From an uncultured Verrucomicrobiae bacterium (lineage in GTDB: Bacteria; Verrucomicrobiota; Verrucomicrobiia; Limisphaerales; Palsa-1400): a stretch of 64,000 bases of DNA. The stretch covers positions 640,001 to 704,000 of the forward strand of contig CAVXRD010000004.1 in the NCBI GenBank assembly GCA_963764165.1, given 5' to 3'. Of this stretch, positions 51,473-62,700 are shown in pieces; position 1 is the first letter of the stretch; each line of letters starts with the position of its first letter. Both the position numbers and the translations under genes were made by a program. The notes beneath the pieces were generated by a model that had not been told where the DNA came from, did not search any database, and worked only from the letters and a program-made list of their open reading frames with translations.

Positions 51473-51565
51473 CAGGGCGAGACCTCGTCGGGCCTCCTTA
51501 TGGACTTTGCAGTTTTGGAACTATCAAGCGGCAGTTTAGCCAGGACTCGACACAGGCTCGCCCTG
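51473..51565. repeat. REP-like inverted pair between convergent genes
   Basis: CAGGGCGAGACCTCGTCGGGCC ... GGACTCGACACAGGCTCGCCCTG, an imperfect inverted repeat. Confidence 0.6.
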
Positions 51566-51736
51566 TTATTGCGAACCTGCAATAGGATGTCTTAACAGGG
51601 CAAACGCATCAATATTCCGAGGAACTTTATGCCGAGTTGAATCGAATCGCCCTCAATCGCCACGAGAGTTCGATTCACTTCACTTGCTTCAATCCGGGTT
51701 TTAATGGGAGTTTCAAGCAGTTGCGAAGAATCGGTT

Positions 51737-52567
51737 TCACAGGATCCTCGGCACCGGGCCTGGCACCCAAGTCAGATTCCAGTAATAGCTCCAAAGGTCT
51801 TGCAACCGCATTGGCTCAACGTGGCCATCGTAGAAACCGGAGACGATCAGGCCGGGCAAGGTCGATGTGCCAAAAGGCAGCGTCTTGGGCGCGGCCCCCG
51901 CGGATTTGCTTCCGTGGCGGGCGATGCAAACGCGAGTCAGGCCGGATGAGCCAGTGCCGGGATTATCGATTGGGTCATAGAGGCTCGTGGCGGGCGTATC
52001 GGTCACGTCAGGATATAGGTTGATCCATGCGCAATCCATGAAGACGGGAGTTTGGGCCGGCCGGCTGATCCCCGACTCTTGGTTAAAATTGCGCGGGTCT
52101 TCGCCGTACAATTGGCTGCTTTCCAGCCATTTGTTATAGCCATAGCTGGAAGCATAGATGGGCGTGGAAAGCGTCCAATGCCACGCGCGGTCAGCCATCC
52201 CGGGAGGATTCACCGTGCCGGGAGGATTGATTCCCTTGTCGGGCGCGCTCGGGCAAATGATCAGGTTGGTTGATTTCCCGTAATAAGAGAGCATCGTGCC
52301 CATCCAATCGCCGTCACTGAAATCCGGATTGTTGGTAATCGGCCCGATGAAGGTGCCCATGTCATCATAATACATCCTGCTAGCCAGTTGCAGTTGCTTC
52401 AGATTGTTGATGCATTGCGTCTGCATGGCGTGGAGCTTCGCGCTTGCCAAGGCAGGCAGCAGAAGGGCTGCAAGGATGGCGATGACGGCAATGACCACAA
52501 GCAATTCTATCAGGGTGAATGCGGCCCCCAGGGCCGCATTCCTTGAGCCAAACGGGCTTAGTTTCAT
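51737..52567 (-). CDS. Prepilin-type N-terminal cleavage/methylation protein (PVC DUF1559 / H-X9-DG-like)
   Basis: [37 protein letters not shown] and ARH...FYDGHVE (longer H-to-DG spacer). Confidence 0.9.
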   Translation of the reverse strand: MKLSPFGSRNAALGAAFTLIELLVVIAVIAILAALLLPALASAKLHAMQTQCINNLKQLQLASRMYYDDMGTFIGPITNNPDFSDGDWMGTMLSYYGKSTNLIICPSAPDKGINPPGTVNPPGMADRAWHWTLSTPIYASSYGYNKWLESSQLYGEDPRNFNQESGISRPAQTPVFMDCAWINLYPDVTDTPATSLYDPIDNPGTGSSGLTRVCIARHGSKSAGAAPKTLPFGTSTLPGLIVSGFYDGHVEPMRLQDLWSYYWNLTWVPGPVPRIL

Positions 52568-52576
52568 TAAACTGCC

Positions 52577-55519
52577 TTACTCCTTGAGCAAATAGAATTG
52601 CTGGCTGACGCCCGGGGTCAGAGCGTTGGTCCAGCTAAAGTTTCCATTTGCATCGTAACTATTGGTGGCGACGGGCAGCCAGGTCTTCGAGGCCAGGTTC
52701 GTCGTTGTTAATACATAATACGTTCCATTGGCAATTCCGCCAGTTCCGCTGAGAATAATGTCCTGGCCGGAAACGTGGGCGCTGGAAATGGTCGGCCCGG
52801 TGGGAGGCGCAGTCACCACGCTGATCTCGCCGCTGCTGAGTTGTGAAATGTCCCAAGCCAGCCCTGGCCCCGGAACGGATGGCGTGATCGAAGCGAAGGA
52901 TCCAGAATAGCTCGCCGCGCTGAATATCTGGAAGCTCTCACCGGCGGCCAAATCGGTTCCGCTGATGTTTTGCAAGCTCAGCGTGCCGCCATAAGTGATG
53001 GCCTCGCCCGCATCAACCACATCGTTGGAAGCGCCGTTTAGCTTGATCAGCGTTGTTCCACTCAAAGTGATGTTGGCGGAGGCGGCGAGTTCGCCGGTCG
53101 GGTTGGAGCCTGTTGTAATGCCGATGGTCGTGTTGGTGCCGGCGGGCGAAATCGTTGCGCCGGACGAAACAACCAGGCTGCCATTGACGCTGCCGATGCC
53201 GGCCAAGGTCTGGCCGCTGGCCAAGGTGAGCGTTTTATCGGAGCGCCCGCTTGCATCGACATGCATGACGGAACCATTCGTGCCACCGAAGAATATCAGG
53301 GAGCTTTGCGACATGGAGCCATTGCCAATCAGGCCGACGGCAGGACTATTCCCGGTGCTGCCAATAATAGTCGGACCGGTGTAGGTGTTCGAGGCCCCCA
53401 TGACGAGCTCGTTGTTATAATAATCCAGGACAAAACCACCGGGGCCGCTGATCAAATTCGTGTAGACCATGTAATGATCGCCGATGACAAAGTGAGCAAC
53501 GCCATTGAGCGTCACGGCGCTGTCAATGGGCGTGGTGGCGCCCGCATTGTAGTAGCTGATCCAAGCCGCGCCATTTTCCAGAATGAGATTGCTGCCGGTA
53601 AAGGCAGCCGGGGCCGTGTAAATGTAAACGGTGGATCCGCTTAAGCCGTGAATGCTCCCGTTAAAACCGCCGTTATAAAACGTCAACGTGCAGCCCGGGG
53701 CGATAGTGAAGAGCGTCGCCGGATTCTGGCAGATGGCGGAATCATAACTCATCCCCAGCGTGCTGCTGCTGGAGGGATTAATTCCGTTAGTCACAAAGAC
53801 TCCGATAACATCAGGCCCCACGCTGACCGTATTCCACTGGCTGTAACCTGCGCCGCCGGACCAATCGAGGGTCAGGTTATGCGGGCCGCTGATCTGCGAG
53901 CCGCTCGAGAAGTCCCATCGGGCCGACCCGCCGAACAGCGCGTCTCCCGCGAGCATGACATTTAACGATTCGCCGGGATAATCGGCATAGCTGTTAACAA
54001 TGGCCCCTTCGCCGCCGAAGCCAGTTCCGGCCACTGTCACGGGGGTATTATTTGGAATGCTGCCGCCCGCCAGATCCAATGTCGCTCCATTGCTGATGGA
54101 AATAGTTGAAGCCGAGTCAAAGCAATTGTTGCCGGCATAAATGACGCCGCCGTCAATATTCACCGCGCCGGTAAAATTCCCCGCGCTGTAAATCGTCAGT
54201 TCGCTTGAGCCTTCCTTGATCAGGCTGCCGCTTCCCGTGATGGTTCCCGAGCCGTTAAAGGTAAAGGCGTTTGTGCTCGCATCAACAGTAATGACGCTTG
54301 GCGCGACCGAGCCATTGATTGTCACTGTCGTCGATTCATTTGGGTCGTCATTGAACAGGACAGCGTCGCTGGAGTTAAACACTGTCGCGGAGCCATTGGA
54401 AAGGTTGATCCAGTTCGCGGTGGTCGCGGTGTCCCACGTGCCGCTGTTGTTATTGGTGGTCCACAAGAGAGAATTGCCAGGAACGAGCAAGGTCAAAGTT
54501 GCGGCCGCGCTGGTTGTTGTCCCGTTCTTGTTGCCAACCACAACAGTATAGTTGGTGGCTTCCGCGGCATTGGCATTGACTACCTTCAAGCTCGAATTCG
54601 TCTGGCCAGCCAGAGCGACCCCGGCGCGGTACCATTGATTAGTGACGGGAAACTCGCTCACCGATTGCACGCTGAATGTCACCGACCCGCCAACATACGC
54701 TGATTGCGACTGGGGTGGCGAGACGATGATCGGCGCAGAATTGCTTGGGTAGGAATTCACCATTCCAATATAGTAATGCGTCAACACCTGTGATGCGGTC
54801 AGGCCGTGATTGTAAAGAGCGACCTCGCTGATATTGCCATTGAACAAACGACTGCTGCCGGCGCTGCTGCCGTCTCCGATCACCCAATCGTCGGAAAATT
54901 CAACCGAGCCTGTCGTATCCGCGCTCTGGGCGACCAGAGTGCCGTTTTGGTAGAGACTGCAATTCGTGCCGTCGCTCGACAAAACGATATAAGACCAGTT
55001 GGTGGACTGAACTCCGCCAGTTTCGCCGGCGCTGCCCGAGCTGCCGTAGTAATTTGCCCCATAAGGGCCGTTTACGCGGAGAACAATTTCGGCATATGTC
55101 GAAGAGTCATAGCCCTTGGCGACGATATCGCCAAACAAGGATGAACTGGACGGCTGCGCCCATGCTTCCAAAGTGATCGGCCCGCTGAAATTCAGCAAGC
55201 CGGGATTGCTGCCGTCGCTCAAGTCGATGGCGGCGGCGCCGTCAAAGTAAGCGGCGTTGGTGATGTATTGGGAAGGCCCCACGCCCGCGGAAATGCCGGC
55301 GGCCTCGCCGTCGTTGCCGTTTCCAGTCAAGTCGGGAGCGGTGCTGGTTCCGTCCACTCCCGGGTTGAGAGCGTAATAGGCCAGAGGCGCGTCTCCAAGC
55401 ACAACGCTCTGATACGAAGTCTGGGCCTGGGCGGCGACGCAAAGCGTCAAGCCAAACGCGCCGAGAATCAAACGGCCCGCGAGGGGCGTCAAACTTGGAG
55501 TTGTGAGTGGTAAATTCAT
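52577..55519 (-). CDS. Large secreted protein: LamG/ConA-like + Ig-like + autotransporter-associated beta-strand repeats + C-terminal conserved domain
   Basis: Signal peptide. YQSVVLGDAPLAYY, ITLEAW and FNGNISEVALY (LamG). P.IV..PQSQ...F.V (Ig). GSLIKEGSSELTI...NFTG and NTYTGPT repeats. Ends QQFYLLKE. Confidence 0.85.
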   Translation of the reverse strand: MNLPLTTPSLTPLAGRLILGAFGLTLCVAAQAQTSYQSVVLGDAPLAYYALNPGVDGTSTAPDLTGNGNDGEAAGISAGVGPSQYITNAAYFDGAAAIDLSDGSNPGLLNFSGPITLEAWAQPSSSSLFGDIVAKGYDSSTYAEIVLRVNGPYGANYYGSSGSAGETGGVQSTNWSYIVLSSDGTNCSLYQNGTLVAQSADTTGSVEFSDDWVIGDGSSAGSSRLFNGNISEVALYNHGLTASQVLTHYYIGMVNSYPSNSAPIIVSPPQSQSAYVGGSVTFSVQSVSEFPVTNQWYRAGVALAGQTNSSLKVVNANAAEATNYTVVVGNKNGTTTSAAATLTLLVPGNSLLWTTNNNSGTWDTATTANWINLSNGSATVFNSSDAVLFNDDPNESTTVTINGSVAPSVITVDASTNAFTFNGSGTITGSGSLIKEGSSELTIYSAGNFTGAVNIDGGVIYAGNNCFDSASTISISNGATLDLAGGSIPNNTPVTVAGTGFGGEGAIVNSYADYPGESLNVMLAGDALFGGSARWDFSSGSQISGPHNLTLDWSGGAGYSQWNTVSVGPDVIGVFVTNGINPSSSSTLGMSYDSAICQNPATLFTIAPGCTLTFYNGGFNGSIHGLSGSTVYIYTAPAAFTGSNLILENGAAWISYYNAGATTPIDSAVTLNGVAHFVIGDHYMVYTNLISGPGGFVLDYYNNELVMGASNTYTGPTIIGSTGNSPAVGLIGNGSMSQSSLIFFGGTNGSVMHVDASGRSDKTLTLASGQTLAGIGSVNGSLVVSSGATISPAGTNTTIGITTGSNPTGELAASANITLSGTTLIKLNGASNDVVDAGEAITYGGTLSLQNISGTDLAAGESFQIFSAASYSGSFASITPSVPGPGLAWDISQLSSGEISVVTAPPTGPTISSAHVSGQDIILSGTGGIANGTYYVLTTTNLASKTWLPVATNSYDANGNFSWTNALTPGVSQQFYLLKE

Positions 55520-55617
55520 AATGGTAAGAGATTGCTTATCTGAAGCGCGGCGTCGGCGACGCCTTTTCGATTTGAGTGATGGTCATGCTCCATTTGTTCC
55601 ATAAAGGGATTCCTCAA

Positions 55618-55656
55618 GGAATAGACAATCCGACGAACCACATGGACAATTGACCG
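55618..55656 (-). promoter_or_regulatory. Putative AraC-type tandem operator upstream of 52577-55519
   Basis: Minus strand CGGTCAATTGTCCATG-N11-ATTGTCTATTCC, followed directly by TTGAGG. Matches 58174-58212. Confidence 0.75.
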
Positions 55657-55785
55657 CAGAGATCACCCCGAAAAGAGGAGGCGGCGGCGCGCAATTCATC
55701 GTTTCATCATGGATCATGCCCCACATTGTACCATTGAAAACGTGCCCCGCCATGAGCTTTTAGGGAAAATAATTGACGTTTTTCG

Positions 55786-57093
55786 TCACTTATTTTTCGG
55801 GCGGGATGGCCGGGGCGGCGCGCTGAACTCGATTCGCTTTAAGAAATCCTCGGAAGGCAGAACAATATCGGGACGGCTCCTCGCCGCATGGTCGGAATTG
55901 CCGGCGGACACGCATTGGGCCTTGAATTCCGAAGGCGTCATCTTGAGTCGGCTCTTAAAAATGCGGCTGAGATGTTCGGCATGTTCCAAACCCACTTTTT
56001 CCGCAATCAGCGCGAGCGAAAAATCTGTCTCGGCCAGAAGTTGCTTAACCCGGTCCAGTCGGATGCGGAGAATTTCGTCCTTGGGCGAGCGGCCGAGAAT
56101 TTTCATGAAGCGGCGGTCCAGGGTGCTGCGTGACATCGGCACGGCGCGCAGAACGTCGCTCACATCGATGCCGAGGCAGGCGTGCTCGCGAATAAAACGG
56201 GCGGCGGCCGCAATCTGGCGATCCTCCATCGCAAGAACATCAGTGGACCGGCGAGTCACAATGCCACTCGGCTTGACAAATGTCTCCACGGGCTCGGGCC
56301 TGAAACCGGCCATCATGCGTGACAAGAGGGCCGCCGTTTCGTAGCCCACGCGCTCCGCGTCGGGAACAACGCTGGACAGGGGCGGTTCGGAAAGGTTGCA
56401 CAAAACGTCATCATTATCGACGCCGATGACTGCAACCTCTTCGGGCGAAGCAAACCCCGTCGCCCGGCATGCATCGAGCACTTGTTGGCCACGCATGTCG
56501 TTGCAAGCCATCAAGCCAATCGGTTTGGGCAGCTTCTTGATCCAATTCGCGACACAACCGCCGTCCTTCAAGCCGAGACCCTCGTATTGCGCCGTGTCCC
56601 CGTTGGCGAGCGGAGTCCCTTCGGAATAGACGTGGCACTCCAAGCCAGCCTCGGAAACGCTTTTGGCGAACGCGTCCCGGCGCTCATCGGAATAATCCGC
56701 ACCGTTAAATCCGCAAAATGCAAAATGGCGGAATCCCCGCTCCTTAAGATGATCGAAGCAGAGGCGCGATATGGCCGCGTTGTCCGCCAGGATGCTCGGC
56801 ATCCCTGAGCCGGGGCTGACGTGCCGGAGATAAACCGCGGGAAGTTTCAACCGCCGAATCACGCTGACCACGTCACGATTCTCCAAGCGCGAAATGATGC
56901 CCTCGCCCCTCCAGGTCTTCAGCCACGCCGGTGTGTCATCGCATAAATTGAGATCCTGGAAAAAGATCGACCACGGATCGTGCTCGCGGACAAACTTGGC
57001 AATTCCCCACAGTATGCCGCGCCCGTAACCCCGCGAGGACTCGACCAGCAAAGCAACTCGCGGACGTTTGAAGGATTTCACAACTGTGAGCAT
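55786..57093 (-). CDS. xylR: XylR-type regulator (periplasmic-binding-like + AraC HTH)
   Basis: RVALLVESSRGYGRGIL.GI, ACND.RG, IGVDND, LSSV, IVTRRSTD and C-terminal AraC HTH. Symbol denotes the family only. Confidence 0.8.
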   Translation of the reverse strand: MLTVVKSFKRPRVALLVESSRGYGRGILWGIAKFVREHDPWSIFFQDLNLCDDTPAWLKTWRGEGIISRLENRDVVSVIRRLKLPAVYLRHVSPGSGMPSILADNAAISRLCFDHLKERGFRHFAFCGFNGADYSDERRDAFAKSVSEAGLECHVYSEGTPLANGDTAQYEGLGLKDGGCVANWIKKLPKPIGLMACNDMRGQQVLDACRATGFASPEEVAVIGVDNDDVLCNLSEPPLSSVVPDAERVGYETAALLSRMMAGFRPEPVETFVKPSGIVTRRSTDVLAMEDRQIAAAARFIREHACLGIDVSDVLRAVPMSRSTLDRRFMKILGRSPKDEILRIRLDRVKQLLAETDFSLALIAEKVGLEHAEHLSRIFKSRLKMTPSEFKAQCVSAGNSDHAARSRPDIVLPSEDFLKRIEFSAPPRPSRPKNK

Positions 57094-57268
57094 TTCACGA
57101 AAGTCGGAGCATTCTGCGATGGTTTGGGTTTTGCGCAAGCCTGTTTGGACGGGCACGGTCGGCCGGCGGGGCGGCGCTGGCATTGGACGACGTAACAAAT
57201 TTCGTCATTGTAACTGACGGAAAGTTTCCATAGAGTGGGCCTCAAGAAAGCACTTGAAACAATCCCGG

Positions 57269-58156
57269 ATGACTCTGCACCAAAAGTTGGACGGCTTCGC
57301 TGGCCAGCGCCTGGTGGTTGTGCCGAGGCCCGTCTTGGCCAGCGTCTCCCTTCACCCGCTGCTGCGAAATCTGCTGCCGACGGATGCAGGTTACTACCCC
57401 AGGGCCGCCGGGCATAAATGCGTGCGCGAACGGGGCTGCCCCGAGACAATCTTCATCTACTGCGCTGAAGGAGAAGGCTGGTGCGAAATAGCCGGCCGCC
57501 GCCACCAAGTGGGCAAAAACCAAATGCTGGTGATCAAGGCGGGGGCAACGCACACCTACGGAGCAGACGACGATTCACCGTGGACCATTCATTGGTTTCA
57601 TGCCGTCGGCGCCAACGTGCCGCATTACCTGGAGCGCCTTGGCGTCACGAACGAGCAACCGATCGTTGCCTTCGGCGGAGATGTCCAGCTTTACGCCTTG
57701 TTCGAGGATTTGCTGGAGGGCTTGCAGCATGGTTTTACGCTGACACATATGATTTATGCCGCGCACTCGCTGGCGCATCTGATGGGGCTGATTCTGCGCC
57801 ACAAAGAAGAGGCGTGGCACGGCGGAGCCAGCGCGAAGGAACGCATCAGCGAAAGCCTTGAATTCATGAAGAGCCATTTGCGGGAACCGCTGAGCGTGTC
57901 CTCGCTGGCCGCGCTGGTGAATTTGTCGCGCTCGCATTACACCACGCTATTTCGCCGGGTCACCGGCTACGCGCCTCTGAGTTACTTGAACCACTTGCGA
58001 ATGCAGCGCGCGGTGGAGCTGCTGAATTCAACGGACTGGCCCATCAAGCAAATCAGCGACCACCTCGGATTTTCGGATCAATTTTACTTCTCCCGCGCTT
58101 TCACAAAAATGCACAGCCACTCTCCTTCCGAGCACCGCCGGCGTTATGGAATTTGA
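57269..58156 (+). CDS. AraC-family transcriptional regulator (cupin + HTH)
   Basis: DGFAGQR, TDAGYYP.A, IYC..GEGW, PWTIHWFH and LGFSDQFYFSRAF. Confidence 0.92.
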   Translation: MTLHQKLDGFAGQRLVVVPRPVLASVSLHPLLRNLLPTDAGYYPRAAGHKCVRERGCPETIFIYCAEGEGWCEIAGRRHQVGKNQMLVIKAGATHTYGADDDSPWTIHWFHAVGANVPHYLERLGVTNEQPIVAFGGDVQLYALFEDLLEGLQHGFTLTHMIYAAHSLAHLMGLILRHKEEAWHGGASAKERISESLEFMKSHLREPLSVSSLAALVNLSRSHYTTLFRRVTGYAPLSYLNHLRMQRAVELLNSTDWPIKQISDHLGFSDQFYFSRAFTKMHSHSPSEHRRRYGI

Positions 58157-58173
58157 ATGCCACTTCACTCTGC

Positions 58174-58212
58174 CGGTCAATTGTCCATGCCCATCATTGC
58201 AATGTCCATTCC
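58174..58212 (+). promoter_or_regulatory. Putative AraC-type tandem operator upstream of the sugar porter operon
   Basis: CGGTCAATTGTCCATG-N11-AATGTCCATTCC, with TGTCCAT half-sites 21 bp apart. Confidence 0.75.
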
Positions 58213-58296
58213 GCTTTACCTCGGGCCGTGGCATTTTCTGTTTTCTCACAGGCAGCGCAAGGGCAATAACATGATAGCTGAACGATTTACGAAACA

Positions 58297-59718
58297 ATGA
58301 TCACCGCGGCCCCAAAAGGATCATCCAACCTTCGAGCGGATTACAACATGGGTTATATCTGGATGATGTCGGCTGTCGCGGCCATGGGCGGTCTGCTTTT
58401 TGGCTGGGATTGGGTTGTCATCGGCGGCGCGAAACCTTTCTTTCAACGTTACTTCGCGCTCACAAGTGAAGCGCAAATAGGCTGGGCCAACAGTTGCGCG
58501 CTCATCGGCTGCCTGACGGGCGCGCTGATCGCCGGAGGCCTAAGCGACAAGTTTGGGCGCAAGCGGCTGCTCATGGTGGCGGCCCTGCTGTTTGCGGTGA
58601 CCTCACTGGGCAACGCGCTGGCAGGAAACTTCGACATTTTTATCGCTTGGCGCATTTGCGGCGGGGTCGCCATCGGACTGGCTTCCAATCTTTCCCCAAT
58701 GTACATCGCCGAAGTCGCGCCAGCGAGGATGCGCGGCAAGCTGGTGGCCATCAATCAACTCACCGTTGTCGTCGGGATATTGATGGCGCAATTCATCAAT
58801 TGGTTTCTGGTGCGAAAACTTCCCGCTGGAGCGACGGATGAGTTCATTCGAAACTCCTGGTTCGGGCAGCAAGGATGGCGCTGGATGTTCGGCCTCACAG
58901 CAGCACCCGCGTTGCTGTTTTTTGCGGGCATGATGGTGATTCCGGAAAGCCCCCGCTGGCTGCTGAAGAAGGGGAGGACAGAATTGGCGCGGAACACTTT
59001 GAGGCGGATTGGCGGCGAAAGCTATGCCCAGGCCGCAACGGCGGAAATTCAGTCAACATTAGCTGGCGAAGCAAACGAACGCACGCAATTGAGCGAGCTC
59101 TTCGAACCGAAAATGTTCAAGGTCCTCACACTTGGCGTCGCGCTCGCTGTATTCCAGCAATGGTGCGGCATAAACGTCATTTTCAATTACGCGGAGGAAA
59201 TTTTTCGCGCCGCCGGCTATGACATTTCGACAGTGCTGAAGAACATCGCATGGACAGGCTCGGTGAACCTCGGCTTTACGTTGTTGACGTTCGGCTTTGT
59301 TGATCGGGCCGGCAGGCGGCCTCTGATGCTTTTCGGCGCGGCGGCGCTGGCTGTGATCTACGCGGTCATGGGCGCCTGCTATTGGAACGGGGTCAAGGGG
59401 CTTCCCATGCTGCTGCTCGTGCTGGCGGCGATCGGCTGCTACGCGATTTCGCTGGCACCCGTCACCTGGGTGGTCATCTCCGAGATTTTCCCCAATCGCA
59501 ATCGGGGAGCGGCGATGTCCATAGCAGTGGCCTCGCTGTGGATAGCGTGCTTTCTGCTGACTTTCACGTTTCCGGCGCTGAACGCGACCCTCGGACCGGC
59601 GGGAACCTTCTGGCTGTATGGCGCGATATGCGTCGCGGGATTTTTCTTTGTGAAATTTCGCCTCCCCGAAACCAAGGGCAAGACCCTCGAGGAAATTGAG
59701 CGGGAGTTAGTCGATTAA
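58297..59718 (+). CDS. Sugar porter family MFS transporter (XylE-like)
   Basis: GGLLFGWD, DKFGRK, PMYIAEVAP..RG, PESPRWL, QQWCGIN, SEIFP and PETKGKTLEEIE. Confidence 0.95.
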   Translation: MITAAPKGSSNLRADYNMGYIWMMSAVAAMGGLLFGWDWVVIGGAKPFFQRYFALTSEAQIGWANSCALIGCLTGALIAGGLSDKFGRKRLLMVAALLFAVTSLGNALAGNFDIFIAWRICGGVAIGLASNLSPMYIAEVAPARMRGKLVAINQLTVVVGILMAQFINWFLVRKLPAGATDEFIRNSWFGQQGWRWMFGLTAAPALLFFAGMMVIPESPRWLLKKGRTELARNTLRRIGGESYAQAATAEIQSTLAGEANERTQLSELFEPKMFKVLTLGVALAVFQQWCGINVIFNYAEEIFRAAGYDISTVLKNIAWTGSVNLGFTLLTFGFVDRAGRRPLMLFGAAALAVIYAVMGACYWNGVKGLPMLLLVLAAIGCYAISLAPVTWVVISEIFPNRNRGAAMSIAVASLWIACFLLTFTFPALNATLGPAGTFWLYGAICVAGFFFVKFRLPETKGKTLEEIERELVD

Positions 59719-59729
59719 GCGAGCTGCCC

Positions 59730-62700
59730 ATGGACCCAGCGCCACATTCTCGTGAAAATCTCAACGCCGTGCAAACGCGCATGGAAGATCTCGCAATTCC
59801 CACCTACTTGCCTGCGGCGCCAGACAAGAATCCGATGTTTTTGGAGACGCGCGTGTATCAGGGAAGCAGCGGCAAGGTTTATCCCTTGCCGTTCACGGAT
59901 CGCGTCGCGGAAAAGCCTGTTGAACGAATGTGGAAGGCCGTCTGGATCGAAAACGAATTCTTGAAGGTCATGGTGCTGCCTGAACTTGGTGGGCGCATCC
60001 ACATAATGGAGGACAAGACCAACAACTACGACGTCATCTACAGACAGAACGTCATCAAGCCGGCGCTGGTGGGACTGGCCGGGCCGTGGATTTCCGGGGG
60101 CATCGAATTCAACTGGCCTCAGCACCATCGGCCAGCCACGTTTCTGCCGGTCGATTTCGAAATTGAGGAACATGCCGACGGTTCAAAAACAATCTGGTGC
60201 AGCGATCACGATCCTCTTTCCCGGATGAAAGGCATGCACGGCGTTTGCCTGCATCCCGGAAAGAGTTATCTGGAACTCAAGGTGCGGGCTTATAACCGAA
60301 CGCCCTTCGTGCAGACATTCTTGTGGTGGGCGAACGTGGCCACGCGCGTGCATGAGAAATATCAGAGCTTTTTTGCGCCGGACGTTTCTTTCGTCGCTGA
60401 TCATGCGCGGCGCTCAATGAGCGAATATCCGCTGGCGCGCGATTTTTACTACGGTGTCAATTACGGCGAGCGCGGACGCAGCGGCGTTCCCGCTGCTGAA
60501 GTGCCCTCTCAATTTGTTCCGCCTCACTGCTTGAGCAAGCTCGAAAAAGAACACGCGCTGGCTTCCGTTCCCGACTACGCGCCCAACGATCTTTCGTTCT
60601 ACGCGAATATCCCCGTGCCCACTTCCTACATGTGTCTCGGAAGCAAGGAAGACTTTTTTGGCGGCTACGACTATGAGGCGCAGGCTGGCATCATCCACAT
60701 CGCCAACCACCATATCTCCCCAGGAAAGAAACAGTGGACCTGGGGGAATCACGAGTTTGGCTATGCGTGGGATCGCAATTTAACAGACGCGACGCCAAGC
60801 GGTAAATTCCCGCCCTACATCGAAATCATGGCCGGCGTGTACACCGACAATCAGCCGGACTTCAGTTTTCTTCAACCTGGCGAAACCAAGGACTGGAGCC
60901 AGTTCTGGTATCCAATTCAAAAAATTGGCCCCGCCCAACACGCCAATCTCGCCGCCGCTGTCCATTGGACTCATGCCAAAGGCGAGTGGCGGCTTGGCGT
61001 TGCCGTCACAAGCCCCCAATCGCGCGCGACCATCACGATTTCGTCAAACACAAAACAACTCGCGCAATTTGTCCGCGACCTTTCGCCTTCGGCGCCGTTC
61101 GTCGAATTCGTCAAACTGCCAAAACAGAATCCGGGGGAGGAATTGCTTATTCGAGTGGCAGATAAAAACGGAGATGAACTGATTTCTTACCGGCCCAAAC
61201 CTCACGTCAAGAGTTCCGCTCCATTGCCCGCGACGGAGCCACCGCCGCCCGCGGAGATCGCGAGCAATGACGAATTGTTCGTCACCGGCCTGCATCTTGA
61301 CCAATACCGCCACGCGACCCGATCGCCGGCGATTTACTGGCGTGAGGCGCTGCGGCGCGACCCGCTAGATGCCCGATGCAACAACGCGCTCGGAGTCTGG
61401 CACCTTAAGCGCGGCGAATTCACCGAAGCGGAGGGGTTCCTGCGCAAAGCCATCGAGCGACTCACGCTCCGCAATGCAAACCCGTGCGACAGCGAAGCCT
61501 TCTACCACCTTGGCCTGTGCCTGCGCTATTTGAGCCGGGACACGGAGGCTTACGATGCATTCTACAAAGCGACCTGGTCGCAGGCATTCGCTTCCGCCAG
61601 TTTTCATGCGCTGGCGGAAATCGATTGCTCGCGAACGGACTGGGCGCGGGCCTTGGAGCATCTTGACCGCTCGCTGCGATTGAACACCGACAACTTGCGG
61701 GCGCGCGACTTAAAGGCCGTTGTCTTGCGCAAGCTGAATCGGCCAGGCGACGCGGACCATTTGCTGGATGAAACGCTGCGGCTTGATCCTTTGGATGGCT
61801 GGGCGAGGCATTTGAAAAGCGGCCAGGCCGCCGGGAATTTGCAAACACAATTGGACTTGGCCCATGACTGCGCCCGCGCCGGGCTCTTTGACGAGGCGAT
61901 CTGCGTCTTGAAAAAAGCGGCGTTTCGCCCGAAAGATTTGCCAGACCAAAGCTGGGGCGCGTGGCCGCTGGTTCTCTACACGCTCGGATGGCTGCATGGC
62001 AAGACGGGCGAGAAAAAATTCGCGGCCGATTATTTCAAGCAAGCCGCGGTTCAGGCGCCGGATTATTGTTTTCCATCGAGGCTTGAGGAGATCTGCATTT
62101 TGCAAACGGCCATCGCGGCGAATCCAAAAGACGCTCGCGCGCCGCACTACTTGGGAAATCTTCTTTACGACCGCCGCCGGCACCACGAAGCCATCCAATT
62201 GTGGGAGCAATCGGCCAAGCTCGATCCAGGCTTCTCCATTGTCTGGCGCAATCTCGGCATGGGCTTTTTCAATATTCTGGGAAAACCGGCCAACGCCCGG
62301 CGCGCTTACGATCGCGCGTTCAAATGCAACGCTGAGGATGCGCGCTTGTTGTACGAGCGCGACCAGCTTTGGAAGAGGCTTGGTGAAAAGCCGCAAACCC
62401 GCCTGCGCGAGTTGGAGAGACATCCGCAGCTTGCATTGCAGCGCGACGACTTGAGCATCGAGCTTTGCGCGCTATACAATCAAACAGGCCAGCACGAGAA
62501 GGCGGTCGAGTTGCTCGCGAGCCGGCAATTTCAACCGTGGGAGGGCGGCGAAGGCGGCCCACTGGCCCAGCACACGCGCGCGCAGCTCGCGCTTGGCCGC
62601 GCGGCGCTTTCCGAAAAGGATTTTCCCAAGGCCAAAAACCATTTTGAATTTGCCCTTGGCGCTCCACGAAACCTGAGCGAAGCCCGCCACCTCCTCGCCA

